Assembly (NCBI RefSeq): GCF_009914755.1
Contig: NC_060942.1
DNA length: 64,000 bases
Source of the DNA: the human T2T-CHM13v2.0 reference genome, Homo sapiens
Reading direction: 5' to 3' (one strand)
Shown in pieces: positions 1 to 15,423 of the stretch (within the stretch, counting starts at the first letter, position 1; each line of letters begins with the position of its first letter). The translations under genes were made by a program, and so were the position numbers. A model generated the notes under the pieces. That model worked only from the letters and a program-made list of their open reading frames with translations, ran no database searches and had not been told where the DNA came from.

Positions 1-213
1 GGTTTAAACAATTCTCCTGCCTCAGCCAGCTGGGATTACAGGTGCACGCCACCATGCCAGGCTAATTTTGTATTTTTAGTAGAGACGGAGTTTCTCCTTG
101 TTGGTCAGGCTGGTCTCGAGCTCCCAACCTCAGGTGATCCGACCTCAGGTGATCCGCCAACCTCGGCCTCCCAAAGTGCTGGGATAACAGGTATGAGACA
201 CTGCACCCTAACC
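1..213 (-). mobile_element. Alu (S-type), cut by the window edge, with an internal ~15-bp duplication
   Basis: gctaatttttgtatttttagtagagacgg...ctcccaaagtgctggg; acctcaggtgatccg occurs twice in tandem. Confidence 0.95.
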
Positions 214-897
214 AGGATCCATTAGTATTCTTAAAAATTATTAAGAAACGCAAAAGGCTTTTGATTGTATAGGTTGTATCTACTGATAATTACCATTTTG
301 GAAATGAAAACTGAGAAATTAGAAAATATGTATTAATTCATTATAAATAGCAATAATAAATAACATATTTTTTGTGCAAAATAACTATCTTCCCTAGCAA
401 AAAAAAAAAATGGTGGTAAGAAGGGCAGTGTTTAACATTTTTCAAATTTCTTTAATATCTGGGTTAATTAAAAAAGAGATGGATTCTCTTATCTGCTTCT
501 AAATTGGGTATATTGCCATTTGTTATTTTGGTTATAGTATTTGGAGAAAATCCAGCCTCAGATATGTAGCCGGAAATGGGAGGGTATTTTCAGATAATTG
601 TGGATATTTTTCTTTGATACTACACCCCAACTCAGCAAGAGGTAGTTTTTGAAATATTATTTACAGTTTGGACTCAGAAGTCATATCAATAAACCTTTTA
701 TACCTTGTTGAATTAAAATCCACTGGTAATATCATGCATTGGTCATTTTGGTGTATTAGTTTGTGGAGTTATGCAGGTCTTCCAAATACTGATAAATGCA
801 TTATGTCATTTAAAAATCCCATTTGTTAATATCATGCTTATCTTTTTAGAAAAGTCTGTACATTTTGGAAGGACGTCAAGCTCTCAATAGCACGTAC

Positions 898-1330
898 AAT
901 ACTTTTGATACACTTGTGGTTTGAATCTGCAGATGTGAAAGTTTCTTTATCCAAGACAATGCAAAAATAATATGAATTAAAACAAAAACAAAGACAAAAA
1001 AAAACAGCTGAGTGCAGTGCACATGCCTGTAGTCTGAGCTGCCCCAGAGTCTGAGGTGGGCAAATCACTTGGGCCCAGAAGTCCAGCCTGGACAACAGAG
1101 CATTACCCTATCTCTAAACAACAAACCCAATCTAGTATAACAACAATTTACACAGTGTTTACATTGTATTAGGTATTAGAAGTAATCTAGAGATTATTTA
1201 AGGATTCAGGAGGATGTGTGTAGACTATATGCAAATACTATGCCATTGTATGTTGGGAACTTGCATCCTCAGGTTTTGGTATCTGCAGGGGTCCTAGAAC
1301 CAATCCCCCTTGGACACTGAAGGATGACTG
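898..1330 (-). mobile_element. MER2-like Tigger-family MITE nested in the Charlie element
   Basis: 1131-1330 (tacattgtattaggtatta...ggggtcctagaaccaatccccc...gatgactg) matches recalled MER2. The left boundary is approximate. Confidence 0.7.
1006..1125 (+). mobile_element. Alu monomer (FLAM/FAM-like)
   Basis: gcacatgcctgtagtc...gaggtgggcaaatcacttg...cagcctggacaac; single arm only. Confidence 0.75.
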
Positions 1331-1685
1331 AATAAGTTCTACAAAATTCTAATTTTCATTTGAAAGCTCAAATGTTTTATGGACAATAAATATTATAACT
1401 TGTTTTATTTGAAGTGACAGGCCCATTTTGTTCATTTTCAAGCAAATGTATGTCAAATGGTTTAGTCTGAATAATCACAGTTTGCCTGTCAATTGTTAAG
1501 TAAAAATGATGTTTTATTTAAAAAAAAGGCTAGTTCAATTCACAGCTCCAAATATCACACAAGTGCTTTTCCTAGAGACAGCTTACTTTGATGTGCAGCA
1601 GAACTGTTTTAAATGTACTTCACAATTCATCACAAAGAATATGTACTAAAGTGTTGAGATTTAATGCAATTAATATCAATTTTAT

Positions 1686-1732
1686 TTTACTTTCAATGGA
1701 AAAAAAAGCAATTATTTTTGCACCAACCTAAT
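1686..1732. mobile_element. MADE1 (mariner MITE) half copy
   Basis: ttactttcaatgg...gcaattatttttgcaccaacctaata matches the Hsmar1/MADE1 terminal inverted repeat. Confidence 0.75.
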
Positions 1733-2589
1733 ATTTACAACAACAACTAAACTCTTAATTACAGTTCACCATACAAGTGCCTGGCAGTGAGAAACACAGT
1801 GAGTACTTTTGGCACCACTGCCTTGGTTTATATTAAGGTATCAGCAGTTGTATCCACCATTGTTTTTACACCATGAGCACAAATGTCAACAGAGTGAAAA
1901 AGACAGATATCTTACTACTATTTGAAAATAGTTTATAGGTCCTTCCTCTCCCCCTCTTTCTTCTGGAAAGGGTCTTATGGATCCCCAAGGGCTTATAGAT
2001 CACACTTTAGGAACTGTTGGTCCAGACAACACTGAACAAATAAAGAAAACACTTGGTAACAAGTTAAAAATATTGTTTTCAAATCTTTAAAAAATTCAGT
2101 ATTTTCTGAATATGTTTATATACAATAAAACGATTATTAAAAATAACTGTTTCCCTTTGTCACAAAATATTTTATTGCTTATTGAGGTTCTGGCCAAATG
2201 AATGACATAGAAACTTAGAGAAAAGGAAAAAAATCTCCCTACGGCACTAGATTCCAACTCTGATCCCAATTGGATGGCCTAGAGCTTAGAGCCCTTAAAC
2301 TCGTTTTTCAGGGAATAGTTTCCCTACTAGGTGTCTATAAGGAAAGAGTTGTGGTGCTATTGGTGAATGACAAGGTTCAGTAACATTAACACCTAAAGGA
2401 GATAATACAAATCCAAATCAAATAGACATTCATTTTCACCTCTCTGTCCCCATCATCTTTCTATCAGTAATACCTATTTATTTTCATGACTATGGAAGCC
2501 AAATTAAACTAGCACATGTGTTCCACACTACGCTGGCCTGTAGCTGACTTTTACGTAAAAATTCATACTGGTCTGATTTGATTTTCTAA

Positions 2590-4268
<1,679 letters not shown>

Positions 4269-5863
4269 TAGAGAAAATACTTGCAAACAAGTTAAAAAAT
4301 ACTTTTTCCAATCTAAAAAAATCAGTCCTTTGTTAATTTGTTTATACAAAATCAAATAAAACTGTTAATAAAAATAAATTTTTAAAATCCAAAAACATGA
4401 AGTTAAAGTAAGCAGTTTGTTATAAAACTAAGAGCATTTGAAGTATGAGTTAGGAATACAACTACCATATTGATTGAGATGTTTAGGAATGTACAGTTTT
4501 GTGTTTAACCCGAACTTACTTAGTAATATGTCCTAACGGTGTAAATGATTAGAATGCAGAGCTCTATTATTATTTACAAATAACTACTCTTAGTTTGTAA
4601 AATATTTTGAGCTGACAGAACTTAATTGGACCCAAAATAGTTTCATAATTGCAAAAGATAAAATAAGCCCAGTTAAAAAGTTTTGCTTACAATTCAGTTA
4701 TTCAAATATTTAAGTAGTGTTTATCAAATTTCTCAGCCTACATCCTGTTATGGTTTTTGACAGCTATTGTTCAGTGTATTTAGAGTACATGATTATCTTA
4801 CATTACAAGGGTAAATTTTTTTTTTTAACATCTGGATAGACAGGCAGTGGCCATTGCCCAATACGTTGAAGCATTTCAATTGTCACTGAATCAAAACAGA
4901 CCATTTGGCCACATATCTAAAACTGCAGGTAAGTTACGGAAATTTGCAAAGAGAATACACTCTTTTTAGTTATTCAAGTTTCTTTCTCTATCAGGCATTA
5001 TAACCTAAGTAAAATGTGCATTCAAATCACACCTGTTTCAGTTTCTCAAAAGTGCAATTTCAGCTAATTTAACAATTCATTCCTCTTAGGGATACATTTT
5101 ACTGGGAGATTTAAGCTAGTGAAATCAGCCTGAGTAAATCATGCAGTTAACTGATTTTTGATAATAGAAAAATTTGGCTGGTTGGAAATGCTTAAAGACT
5201 GTGTAAGTACAGAATGTGGTGGGTCACTAGAAAAAAATTCTGCTTCTATAACCAGGAGGCAAAGGCTCAAGTTTCATGTCACTAACTTCAAGTGCCATTC
5301 TCTAAAAATCTATTCTTGGTCTATTACCCAAAAACAAAAATTAGAAAGTTGACAGAAATAATAAATTCAGGGTTACACTAAAATATAATACAGAGGGGTG
5401 GTTGAATATCATGAGCTTTTATATTCCTTCTGTCAGATGCCAACTCTTTACTTAAAATTCTTATAAAAATTTCTGTTTGAAAGGCTAGATACCAGTGTGC
5501 TGTTTCCTGTCTATACATGTCAGATTTTAAGCTTTAGAATAGTGAAAAAAATGCTCTGTGCTTGTAGTATAGGAACATATAATGGCTTGATTATATTAGA
5601 AAACAAAAGCCAGTATTATCATTTTCAATTCAATTATTGAATGTGACTTGGTTTCTTTGGGTGGTCACTTTAGGTACCACCTCTACGTATCATTGCACAA
5701 AGACAATATTCATCACCAGCTTACATAGCAAGCAAGACCTTCCTCAGTTTTCTCAATCTCTGCTGCCACATATACCAGCTGATCTCTCTTCCTCAAAACC
5801 AATACCAGCCATGAAATTCATTAAGTTCAAAGATGTCATGTTTTGTGGTATATCCCAGGCATT

Positions 5864-5902
5864 TGTGTGTGTGTGTGTGTGTGTGTATGTGTTGTGTGTG
5901 TG
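5864..5902. repeat. (TG)n microsatellite
   Basis: Read directly. Confidence 0.95.
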
Positions 5903-7627
5903 AAATGGCTCCTTCACTTTGTAGAAGGGTAAGAAAAGCCATGTAATGTTTCTTCAGGAAGACGTCCTTCTCTAGCTACTCTTGTAATCTAAGCAAGAAG
6001 TATATGGTTTCAGGGAGTTTAAGGCTCTGTGTAACCCAGAGCCTCTGTGTTAAGTTCCTGTTTATAAATTATTGGAATAGGCTAACAAGAAAGACTGTGA
6101 AATCTATAAGCATAAATGTTTCTGTTTTCTTGTTCTGATTTAAGAGGGGCATATTTCTTTTGAAGTTCTTTTGGATTCTTAACCAAAAGAACTTATTAAA
6201 ACTAAATAACTTATTATTTAGAACTTATTAAAGGAACTTATTAAAACGAAATAATCACAAAATGAAGTAATTACTCTGGAAAGTGCAATTTAAAATATGT
6301 AACTACAGCTTTTGAAATACTTGGGTGTTATATATACAGCATAAATATAATGATATCAGCCGTGGGGTAAATCCTATCACTGTATACATATTGTGTAAAA
6401 TATTGGTTAATAGAAAAATAATGACTTTAATAAATAATTACATGTTAAAATTACAAATAGTTTAAGTGATATAAATATAAATTGATAGAAATAAATAAAA
6501 TAGCCATATTGTTACAAAATTAATATCAATTTTATGTCACATACAAAAACCACTTAACTAGCTCAAGTTTTTCTATCCTAAAAGCAGAGGATTTTTTTAT
6601 TTCTTGGCTTGACAAGAGAACCAATTAAATAGATGTTTTCAGTTTATTAATAATCCATTGTGTTATTCTGGCCATTCTTATAACAACTTTATTCATCTTA
6701 TAGTAGCACATTATTTTCTAGAAAAAAATACTGTTTCTGCTTTATGTTATGGTTTCTCTATGTATTACTTATCCATGCTATAGGTTACCTGGAGAAAGAC
6801 TCCTTTTCCACTCATTTCTGGATTACAGGATTTTGCATATAGAGAATCTGTTTTTGCTTTTTTTCCCTTTCCTACTCCATCCTGAGACAGGATTGAAATT
6901 TATTTGTGAACAAACACAACTGAAAAAATATACTTAAACCAGCTGAGGAAAAATAAAAGAGCAATAGATAAGCATGGGCCATAAAATAGACCTATCTACT
7001 TCCTGAAAGCAAATAACGAGTATAAGCCTACATATCCTAGCAGACACTATTAAAAGGGAAACCTGGTCAATTCAGTGCCCCTGAGATCAAACAAACAGAA
7101 GGTGCAGAATAAATCCTATTCACTCTTCCTGATACTTACACCTGACAAAAATTTCTGGTCCTAAAGTAGGTATTGTGAATTTAATGGACAACATCCTCTT
7201 TATAGTGAACACAACAATGAGCTTCATCAGAGCCATTTCTTACAGTGACCCTCAAGGTAAGTAATTCTATAGAGAAGAGATAATACGGGATCAGAAATAG
7301 CTTTCTGCTGGTCTGATTTAATTCAAGAAGAGATTTTATATTACCTAAAAGAATGGATTACTGAATCGCAGTTTTGACCAAAGAGATCGTAGCTATAGAG
7401 AGTGTGTTTTTGACAATTCCTGCAATTGCCTGTGCTGTAAATTATAGAGGAACCAAACACCTCAGCACCTAGCTATGCTGGGGTAACAGTTGACATGCTG
7501 TTGGAGCAAATGTGTAGAGGAACAGTGTGTCTCTGCATAGAGAGGAGCTGAGGAAATACTCCTAAATTGGCTCAATATTTCTTTAGTTTCCTGTGTTCCC
7601 AATGCCAAGGTTAGTGCCTGGCAATGA

Positions 7628-8110
<483 letters not shown>

Positions 8111-8857
8111 TAGTTGACAAAAATCTCCTGTCCCTGGAAAATGTATAATTCAGATAGCCTTAAAATACAATCATTATATATTTAGAGTTAAATAAATATA
8201 CGTAAAATGAATTTTTAAATGTAAAATATATAATATGCAAATTAAACAAAAAATACTTAAAGATAGCTTGAATCAAAGCTATAATAATCATGAAAAAATT
8301 ATGTTTATACATTTATATTTATAATTATATAGTTTTCAAATACATTAGGCATGCTATTTCCTAACCGTTAAAACCTTACTAGGGACATTCTACTATGAAC
8401 AAATCTCATGGCCTTACCACTCTAGGAACATCTCATATAACCCTGGTGCTTTTAGATAGTATTTTATTTTTATTATGCTTATCTTCGTTCAACTGTATTT
8501 TGTTTATATTTTTGTTTTCTGGAAGATCTATGGCTTCTGGTGGGTGTTTTCAAAATTTGTTCTATATTGAAATCTATTTAACAAAACATGCTGCTTCCAA
8601 ATTGTTCAAGTTTTTGCTGTTTTTAATGAAGGATGCATAATTCTTTCACTTATGAAGAAATGTACACATTTAGGTCTTTCTATCTTGTAAGAAAAATCCA
8701 TGATTTTTAATAACTGATATATATCCTTCCTGTATCATAATTTTATGCTTCTTCAGAGGATGTCAAATTGATCTTCTAATAATGGTCATTATGTACAGCT
8801 CTGCTTGATTGCACTGTTTAAAATAAAATCCTTGCAATATTTTAGAGTTGCATTTAG

Positions 8858-9153
8858 TTTTTGTTTTTGTTTTTGAGACAGGGTCTTGCTCTGTTGACCA
8901 GGCTGGATTGCAGTGGCATGACCTTGGCTCACTGCAGCCTCTTCCTCCTGGGCTGAAGTAATCCTCCCACCTCAGCCTCTTGAGTAGCTGGGACTACAGG
9001 TGCAGGCTACCATGCCTGGATAATTTTTGTATTTTTAGTAGAAACGGGTTTTCACTATGTTGTCCAGGCCAGTTTCAAACTCCGGAGCTCAAGTGATCTG
9101 CCTGCCTCAGCCTCCCAAAGTGCTGGGATTACAAGCATGAGACTGTGCCTGGC
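8858..9153 (-). mobile_element. Alu (J/S-old)
   Basis: Full dimer; TSD ttgcatttagttt / ttgcattcagttt. Confidence 0.93.
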
Positions 9154-9772
9154 TTGCATTCAGTTTTATAGAAACTTCTAATTACTTGCTATTTTCCTTC
9201 TACAAAGCATGTAGGATTTTTATGAGCAATGCTATTTTGACCTTCCTCAAAAGTTTCAAAACTACAGGTGCCACGGCTTTAAAGAGTCACTGGATAAAAA
9301 GAAAAGCTGCCATAAAAAAGAACAGATGTCCTCTCTTAGGGCTCTTGTTATGCTTTTTTCCTTAAAGTTAGAGCAACTTCTAAAGTTAATGTTTCCTGCA
9401 TAAGCATTCTCATTGTTACTATGTTTTCTCCAAGTCTGGTTCTGAATTTCATGAAAAGGGCAGAAATATTCCTTGCGTCAGTCTCCTAATGTATCTTTGC
9501 CTTCTCTAGCTAAAGCTTCTGCCGTGACTGTCCTTCCTTTGTCTTGCATTGATGAGAACACTTGGTATACAGAGTTCTCTCTTCAGTGTGTCCTGGGTTC
9601 GTCTGGAACTTTCTCCTCACATCATTTAGCATTTTTCCTGTATTCTCGAGTTTTACAGTCAAATCAAAAGACTAGAGTAAAAGTGATAATCCTTGAAAAG
9701 CGCTTATCATGGCTAAGTAAGGAGATTTACAATTGGCTTTTACCAGAGAATAATATTAAGACACGGAGAAGT

Positions 9773-10168
9773 TGTGTTAGGCCATTCTTGCACTGCTATA
9801 AAGAAATACCTGAGACTGGGTAATTTATAAGAAAAGAGATGTAATTGGCTCACGGTTCTGCAGGCTGTACAGGAAGCACAGTGGCATCTGCTTCTGAGGA
9901 GGCCTCAGGAAGCTTCCAATCATGGTGGAAGGCAAAGGGGGAGCAGGTACGTCACACGGTGAGAATGGAGCAACAGAGAGAGAGTCGGCAGGAGGTACTT
10001 TTAAACGACCAGATCTTGTAACAAATTACTGACTGTCGCAAAGACAGCACCAAGCCATAAGGGCTCTTCTCCTATAGCCCAAATACCTCCCATCAAGCCC
10101 CACCTTCAGCACTGGGGATTACATTTCAACATAAGATTTGGGTGGGGACAAATATCCAAACCATATCA
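9773..10168 (+). mobile_element. MaLR solo LTR (MSTA/MSTB-like)
   Basis: TG...CA termini (tgtgttaggccattcttgc...aaaccatatca) with an exact 5-bp TSD, gaagt. Confidence 0.92.
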
Positions 10169-10659
10169 GAAGTTAAATTAATTGTCCAAGATCCACCACA
10201 TTCAAAGTTAAATAACAGACACTTGAAATGAGTCCATTTGATTCCAGAGCATGGGCTCTTAAATGTTATATTTATATTATTTATAGAAGCTTCCCAAGGA
10301 CTATGAATGAGGACAGAGGATGAGATTTGGAATAGTGAACAGAGAGAACTGAAAGAGGACACTGACCAAAGATAGGTCATCACATGAGACACTTCTGAAA
10401 CCCCAGCATAGAAACCACCTGAGGATAAGACAAATCCTTTATTTTAAGAAGGAGGAGAGTAAATGTCAACGCCATTCCATTTTCATTTGGTTTCATAGTC
10501 TTGATTTTATCAAATTATATAAGAACAAATACTTTCTTTAAAAAAATCCTATCTTCTTCATTTTCCTATCTTTATTATATCCCAAACTACAGCAATAATA
10601 GGAGTAACCTTATCTCTCCTTCTTTTTTCTTTTCATTAACCAACAATTCCTGTTTCATA

Positions 10660-10983
<324 letters not shown>

Positions 10984-11197
10984 CTGTTTCGCATTATTGT
11001 ATCCTTCTTTGCTTATGTATTGATGAGAATAGAAGCATTAACACAAAATCTGTCTTCAAATTCTTTTGTCCCAACCAATACCTTAAAGTCAACCTCCACC
11101 AGAATAATCCCTTATGTTTGCTTGAGCTTCTAGTTCTCCTTTTAACATTTTTTTCTAGATAAAGTTGTTATTGCAGTTTTGTGGGGTTTTTTTTCTT

Positions 11198-11312
11198 TAG
11201 ATGGGCTCTTGCTATGTTGCCCAGGCTGGTCTCCAACTCCTGGGCTCAAGATATCCTCCCGCCTCAGCCTCCCAGTAGTTGGGACTACAGGTGTCCCCCT
11301 CCATGCCCAACT
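11198..11312 (-). mobile_element. Alu monomer (FLAM-like)
   Basis: gctatgttgcccaggctggtctccaactcctgggctcaag...gggactacagg. Confidence 0.85.
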
Positions 11313-11649
11313 CTCATTATTGCAGATTTTAATTCATATATCTCTGAAGCACCAAAATAATGCCTACTTTCATCTGTTTTTGAACTTCGCAGAGGCAGTG
11401 CTTTGTTGGTTTCTATCTGAAACACTAAGCAGAGGCCACTGCAATGCCTTGACTACCTACAGTGATTATTCTCTGGCCTTAAACCGCTGAAGTGAAGCTA
11501 CCAAGTGGGCAGACAGCATTTTGCTTTAGAGTTTCAGGACTTTAGAAAGAAGCTTAAAGCCTGTGACTCTGGCAGTGACACCCCTGTCTCTGCTGGTCTC
11601 TACCCCATATGCTGACATTATCCCTCTATTCTCTCTTTACTGTCATTGG

Positions 11650-14600
11650 AATAACACACTTTGCTTCTACAACTGCCTTCCATCCAAAAATGTCTATTGC
11701 TTTTTCTGGAACCTCTGTTCTCTGATCAATTCTCCACTTTTTCATACTCTTCATAGAACATTCCTACTGATTTTTTTTTCTTTAACTGAAATCTACATCT
11801 CCACCAGGACACCTATGTAGTTAAGGGAGAGGTAGGCAGGTGTGTTCTCTTGTCTTTTATTTCCCCTTCCACACCCCCCCTCCTCCAGCTTCCTATGTAT
11901 TACTTCCTTTAAAGATCATGCCATCCAGGTATAACACCTGATAACCTTTCATTTTACTTTTACTTATTGTCACTCTCCTACTTTTGCTAAAGACTTCTTT
12001 ACACCTTAAATAGTGAAATTATCTTGGATGATTTTAACATCCATGGAGTTGTCCAGTCTGACACTCTTAGAGTGCTTCGGCTTCCTCAAAGATTATATCC
12101 ATAGCTCTGTAACCCCCTGAACTCATTGACACACCCATTTGTGCAACCCCAAAATGTCCCACTTCTGAAATTTTAAACCAATCATCCCATTTTGTAACTA
12201 TAATATTTTTCTCTTACTATCATATTTTGTGATTTATTTGCTGGGCCCATCAAGAGATTTACTCTCTATATTTCACTCAGTAAATAAGAACTTTAAGGTG
12301 AGAACTGTCTTAGCTTCTCCTGTCTCCATCCACCACATTTAGGTTTTCACAGCCATTTTTCCCCCTCTTTCACTAGAAGACAAATATCTTCACTTATCTG
12401 GGTACAAGTTCTCTTATGATTTTACTCTGTATTTTCCATTTACTAGCAAATTTGCTTTTCTTTTCCTTCCTATCCTCCTTAGATACCAACTCTATCATTT
12501 CAATTACTACAGTGTACTGTCTTCAGTACACTTTTTGTTTCATATTTGTGTTTAGGTCTCAAGCAATCTACAAAATTCCAGCTCTGAATTTTTTTTAAAA
12601 AATAAGAGTTTTCTTTTAAATTTGAGCTGTTGACATAGGAGAAAATGACCTGCTGCTACTACTACACATTCAAGGTCTATAAGTGAATCTGTTTCCTCAA
12701 TGCTTCGTCTATGTTTTCAGCCAGCCACATCTCACTTATACTTTTCAACAATAAACCTCTTCACTAAATCTCTGACTTTACAATATTTTCATTTTCTTAT
12801 TTAAAGATTGAACTCACCTCATTTAAAAACCATCTTATTGAATGAACTCATGTCCTTTGCAGGTACATGGATAAAGCTGGAAGCCATCATTCTCAGCAAA
12901 CCAACACAGGAACAGAAAACCAAACACCGCATGTTCTCACTCATAAGTGGGAGTTGAACAATGAGAACACATGGACACAGGGAGGGGAACATCACACACC
13001 GGGGGACTGTCAGGGGGTTGAGGGAAAGGGGAAGGAGAGCATTAGGACAAATACCTAGGGCATGCGTGGCTTAACAGGTTGATACGTGCAGCAAACCATC
13101 ATGGCACAGGTATACATATGTAACAAACCTGCACGTTCTGCACATGTATCCCAGAACTTAAAGTAAAATAAAATAAAATAATTAAAATTAAAAATTAAAT
13201 AAAAAACCATCTTATCTGCCACCTTTCTTCTCTATCCTTTCTAACCAAGGTTAGTGCTTCTGCCAGGACTCTGTGTGTTCCAATTCCATTCTGCATCCTT
13301 GGGGAGTTGGCTTTGTGAAACATCTCCTTTGCTCGTGTAAAACACATTAACATTTCTTCCTCTATTAGTTTTTTCTCCTTGGCAAATAAGCAGGCTCAAG
13401 TGCCCCCACCTTAAAAAAGTCCCTTTACTCTATTTCTGTCGACTAATTTCCCTCTTTCTAACACAATCTATGCTTTTGAAAGAATAAGCTATAATGAATT
13501 TGTCTACCTTTCTAGTTTCTTTTCAGCACATTGAAATATGGCTTCTTCCTCCACCACTTTGTCAAACTTCTTAACTATGATCTATTAATTATCTCTAGTA
13601 TCTTTTACTTTTCTGCATTATTTGACATGTTTGACTACTCCTTTTCTGTAGAAACCATTTTTTTACTTTGCCTGATGGTTGGTTTTCTTCCTTTTTTCCC
13701 ACAACTTCTCATATGATCTTCTGAATGTTCATGCTCATGAAATTCTTATGTTCTCATGAAATATGAGTGCTCCGCAAATTCCTCTGTACCCTTAGCAACC
13801 TGCTCTCACTTCTCTCAGTGGACTTTTTTTTGATACTTTAATAACACCATATGCAAATGCTTCCCAAAACTTCAATGCAATATTTGTCCCTAGGATCCAG
13901 AGATGTATCAACATCTTACATCTCTGCTTAGATGGGACAGACAACCCAACCCAATCTTTTCAAAACTAAACTCATAATCCCCTCTCCGTCACAGGTGCTC
14001 TTCCTCTTAGTAAAAGGCATTTGTCACTTACCCGGTTTCATAAGCTAGAAACCTGAGACTTATCCTCAACTCCTCTGTCCCACCAGTTCCCACATCCAAT
14101 TAGTGACTAAGGTTTCAGCAAATCCCATTAATTTTCTCTCAAAATGTTCCTTTCTTCTCTTTATTTATCCCCATTCTCACTGCCTCTCTTGAAATATTAC
14201 TTTAAGCCTGGATTACCGTAAGAATCTCCCATCTGTATTCCTGTCTCCAAACACATTCCAATCACAATTCAGTCTTCACACTGCTGACAGTCATCCTCTT
14301 TATAAAGAGTCAGAATGGGTGTATCCATTAGCACCTTAAAACCCTGGACTCACTTCTCTTTCCTTTCAGGATAATGTTCAGATTTAGTTTCCAGTGCCAT
14401 TTGCAGCTCCGTACACGAAGGTCTCCCACTACATGGCCATGCTGACTTTTACTTTTGGCTGACCTGGTCTATTCAGAGATAAACCATGTTTTCAATTGCA
14501 CTGTTATCTTTGTCAATAAGTGCTTTCCAAATTTCTATCATATACTGTTTCTACCTGGCTAGCTCCTACATATTCTTAAAAATTTTAAATCAAAATTTAG

Positions 14601-14835
14601 ATCAAAGTCATCTTATTGGTGAAACCTCCATGGGCCCCTATTTTGATTTAGATGCTTCTTCTTGAACTGTTCAATGCACCCCACATTTATCACCCTGTAC
14701 TTTTTCTTTTCTCATTCCATTTTTCTGTCTAGATTGTAAGCTCAATGCAGTCGGCATCATAGTGATAACAATTTTATATACAACTTTCAACAATATCTGG
14801 CATGTGTTAGTCCTTCCAGAACTGTTTAATGAATT
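11650..14835 (+). mobile_element. Long degraded L2 remnant
   Basis: Pyrimidine-rich + strand with L2 hallmark words (cttggatgattttaacatccatg, tttgacatgtttgactactcc, tagattgtaagctc, gtttaatgaat). Confidence 0.65.
12839..13200 (+). mobile_element. Short 5'-truncated L1PA 3' end inserted in the L2
   Basis: catgtcctttgcagg...cccagaacttaaagtaaaataaa; TSD aaaaaccatcttat on both sides. Confidence 0.95.
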
Positions 14836-14866
14836 TATTCCTTGATGGACTACTAAAGCACTCAGT

Positions 14867-14868
14867 AA

Positions 14869-14922
<54 letters not shown>

Positions 14923-14967
14923 ATATATATATATAAACTATATATATATAAACTATATATATAGTTT
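14867..14967. repeat. (A)n-(TA)n compound microsatellite with periodic AAC interruptions
   Basis: Read directly. Confidence 0.95.
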
Positions 14968-15285
14968 TAAGGAGCATATAGTAGCATGGAAAATAATCTA
15001 CTGCTAAGTGAAAAAATGTGTATAAAATTATAAGTTAATCATTACAGTTTTGTAAAAAATATAGATGTAGAGAGAAAAAGAGCATAAAAATTTATCCAAA
15101 TATTGATGGTTGAATTATAGATCTGGGTTTATTGACAACTTTTCTCTTTTCAGAGTAATTTCAGTAAATACTTTTATTAACTAGTCTTAATTCAAATAAT
15201 ATTTTTAAAGCCATGTTTTGTCTTCTTGTTGCATTATCTGTTTGATCAAATTTTATCTGTATATCATTCTTCTTTGTCTTCTATT

Positions 15286-15423
15286 CTCTGCCATAACACA
15301 AAGGAAATATAACCCAAGTATAATTTTAAAAAGAAATAGCAAACTAATGTCTCTCTCTGTCATAACACAAAGGAAATATAACCCAAGTGTGATTTTAAAA
15401 AGAAATAGCAAAATAGTGTCTCT
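15286..15423. repeat. Tandem duplication, 69-bp period, 2 copies
   Basis: cataacacaaaggaaatataacccaagt starts at 15292 and again at 15361; few substitutions between copies. Confidence 0.95.

Larger units (their letters stand above)
214..2020 (-). mobile_element. hAT-Charlie DNA transposon remnant (Charlie1-like), interrupted by younger elements
   Basis: Terminal gaaagggtctt...gatcacactttaggaactgttg and internal ttgacatttgtgctcatggtgtaaaaacaatggtgg (reverse complement) match the recalled Charlie1 consensus. Confidence 0.7.

Noticed and set aside
6189-6255. Repeated gaacttattaaa units (similar micro-duplications at ~20320, ~27930, ~46860)
   Set aside because: Ordinary slippage-scale duplications with no sign of function.
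15286-15423. Direct repeats (also 48367-48487) as a CRISPR-like array
   Set aside because: Head-to-tail tandem units with no unique spacers, in eukaryotic DNA with no cas genes.
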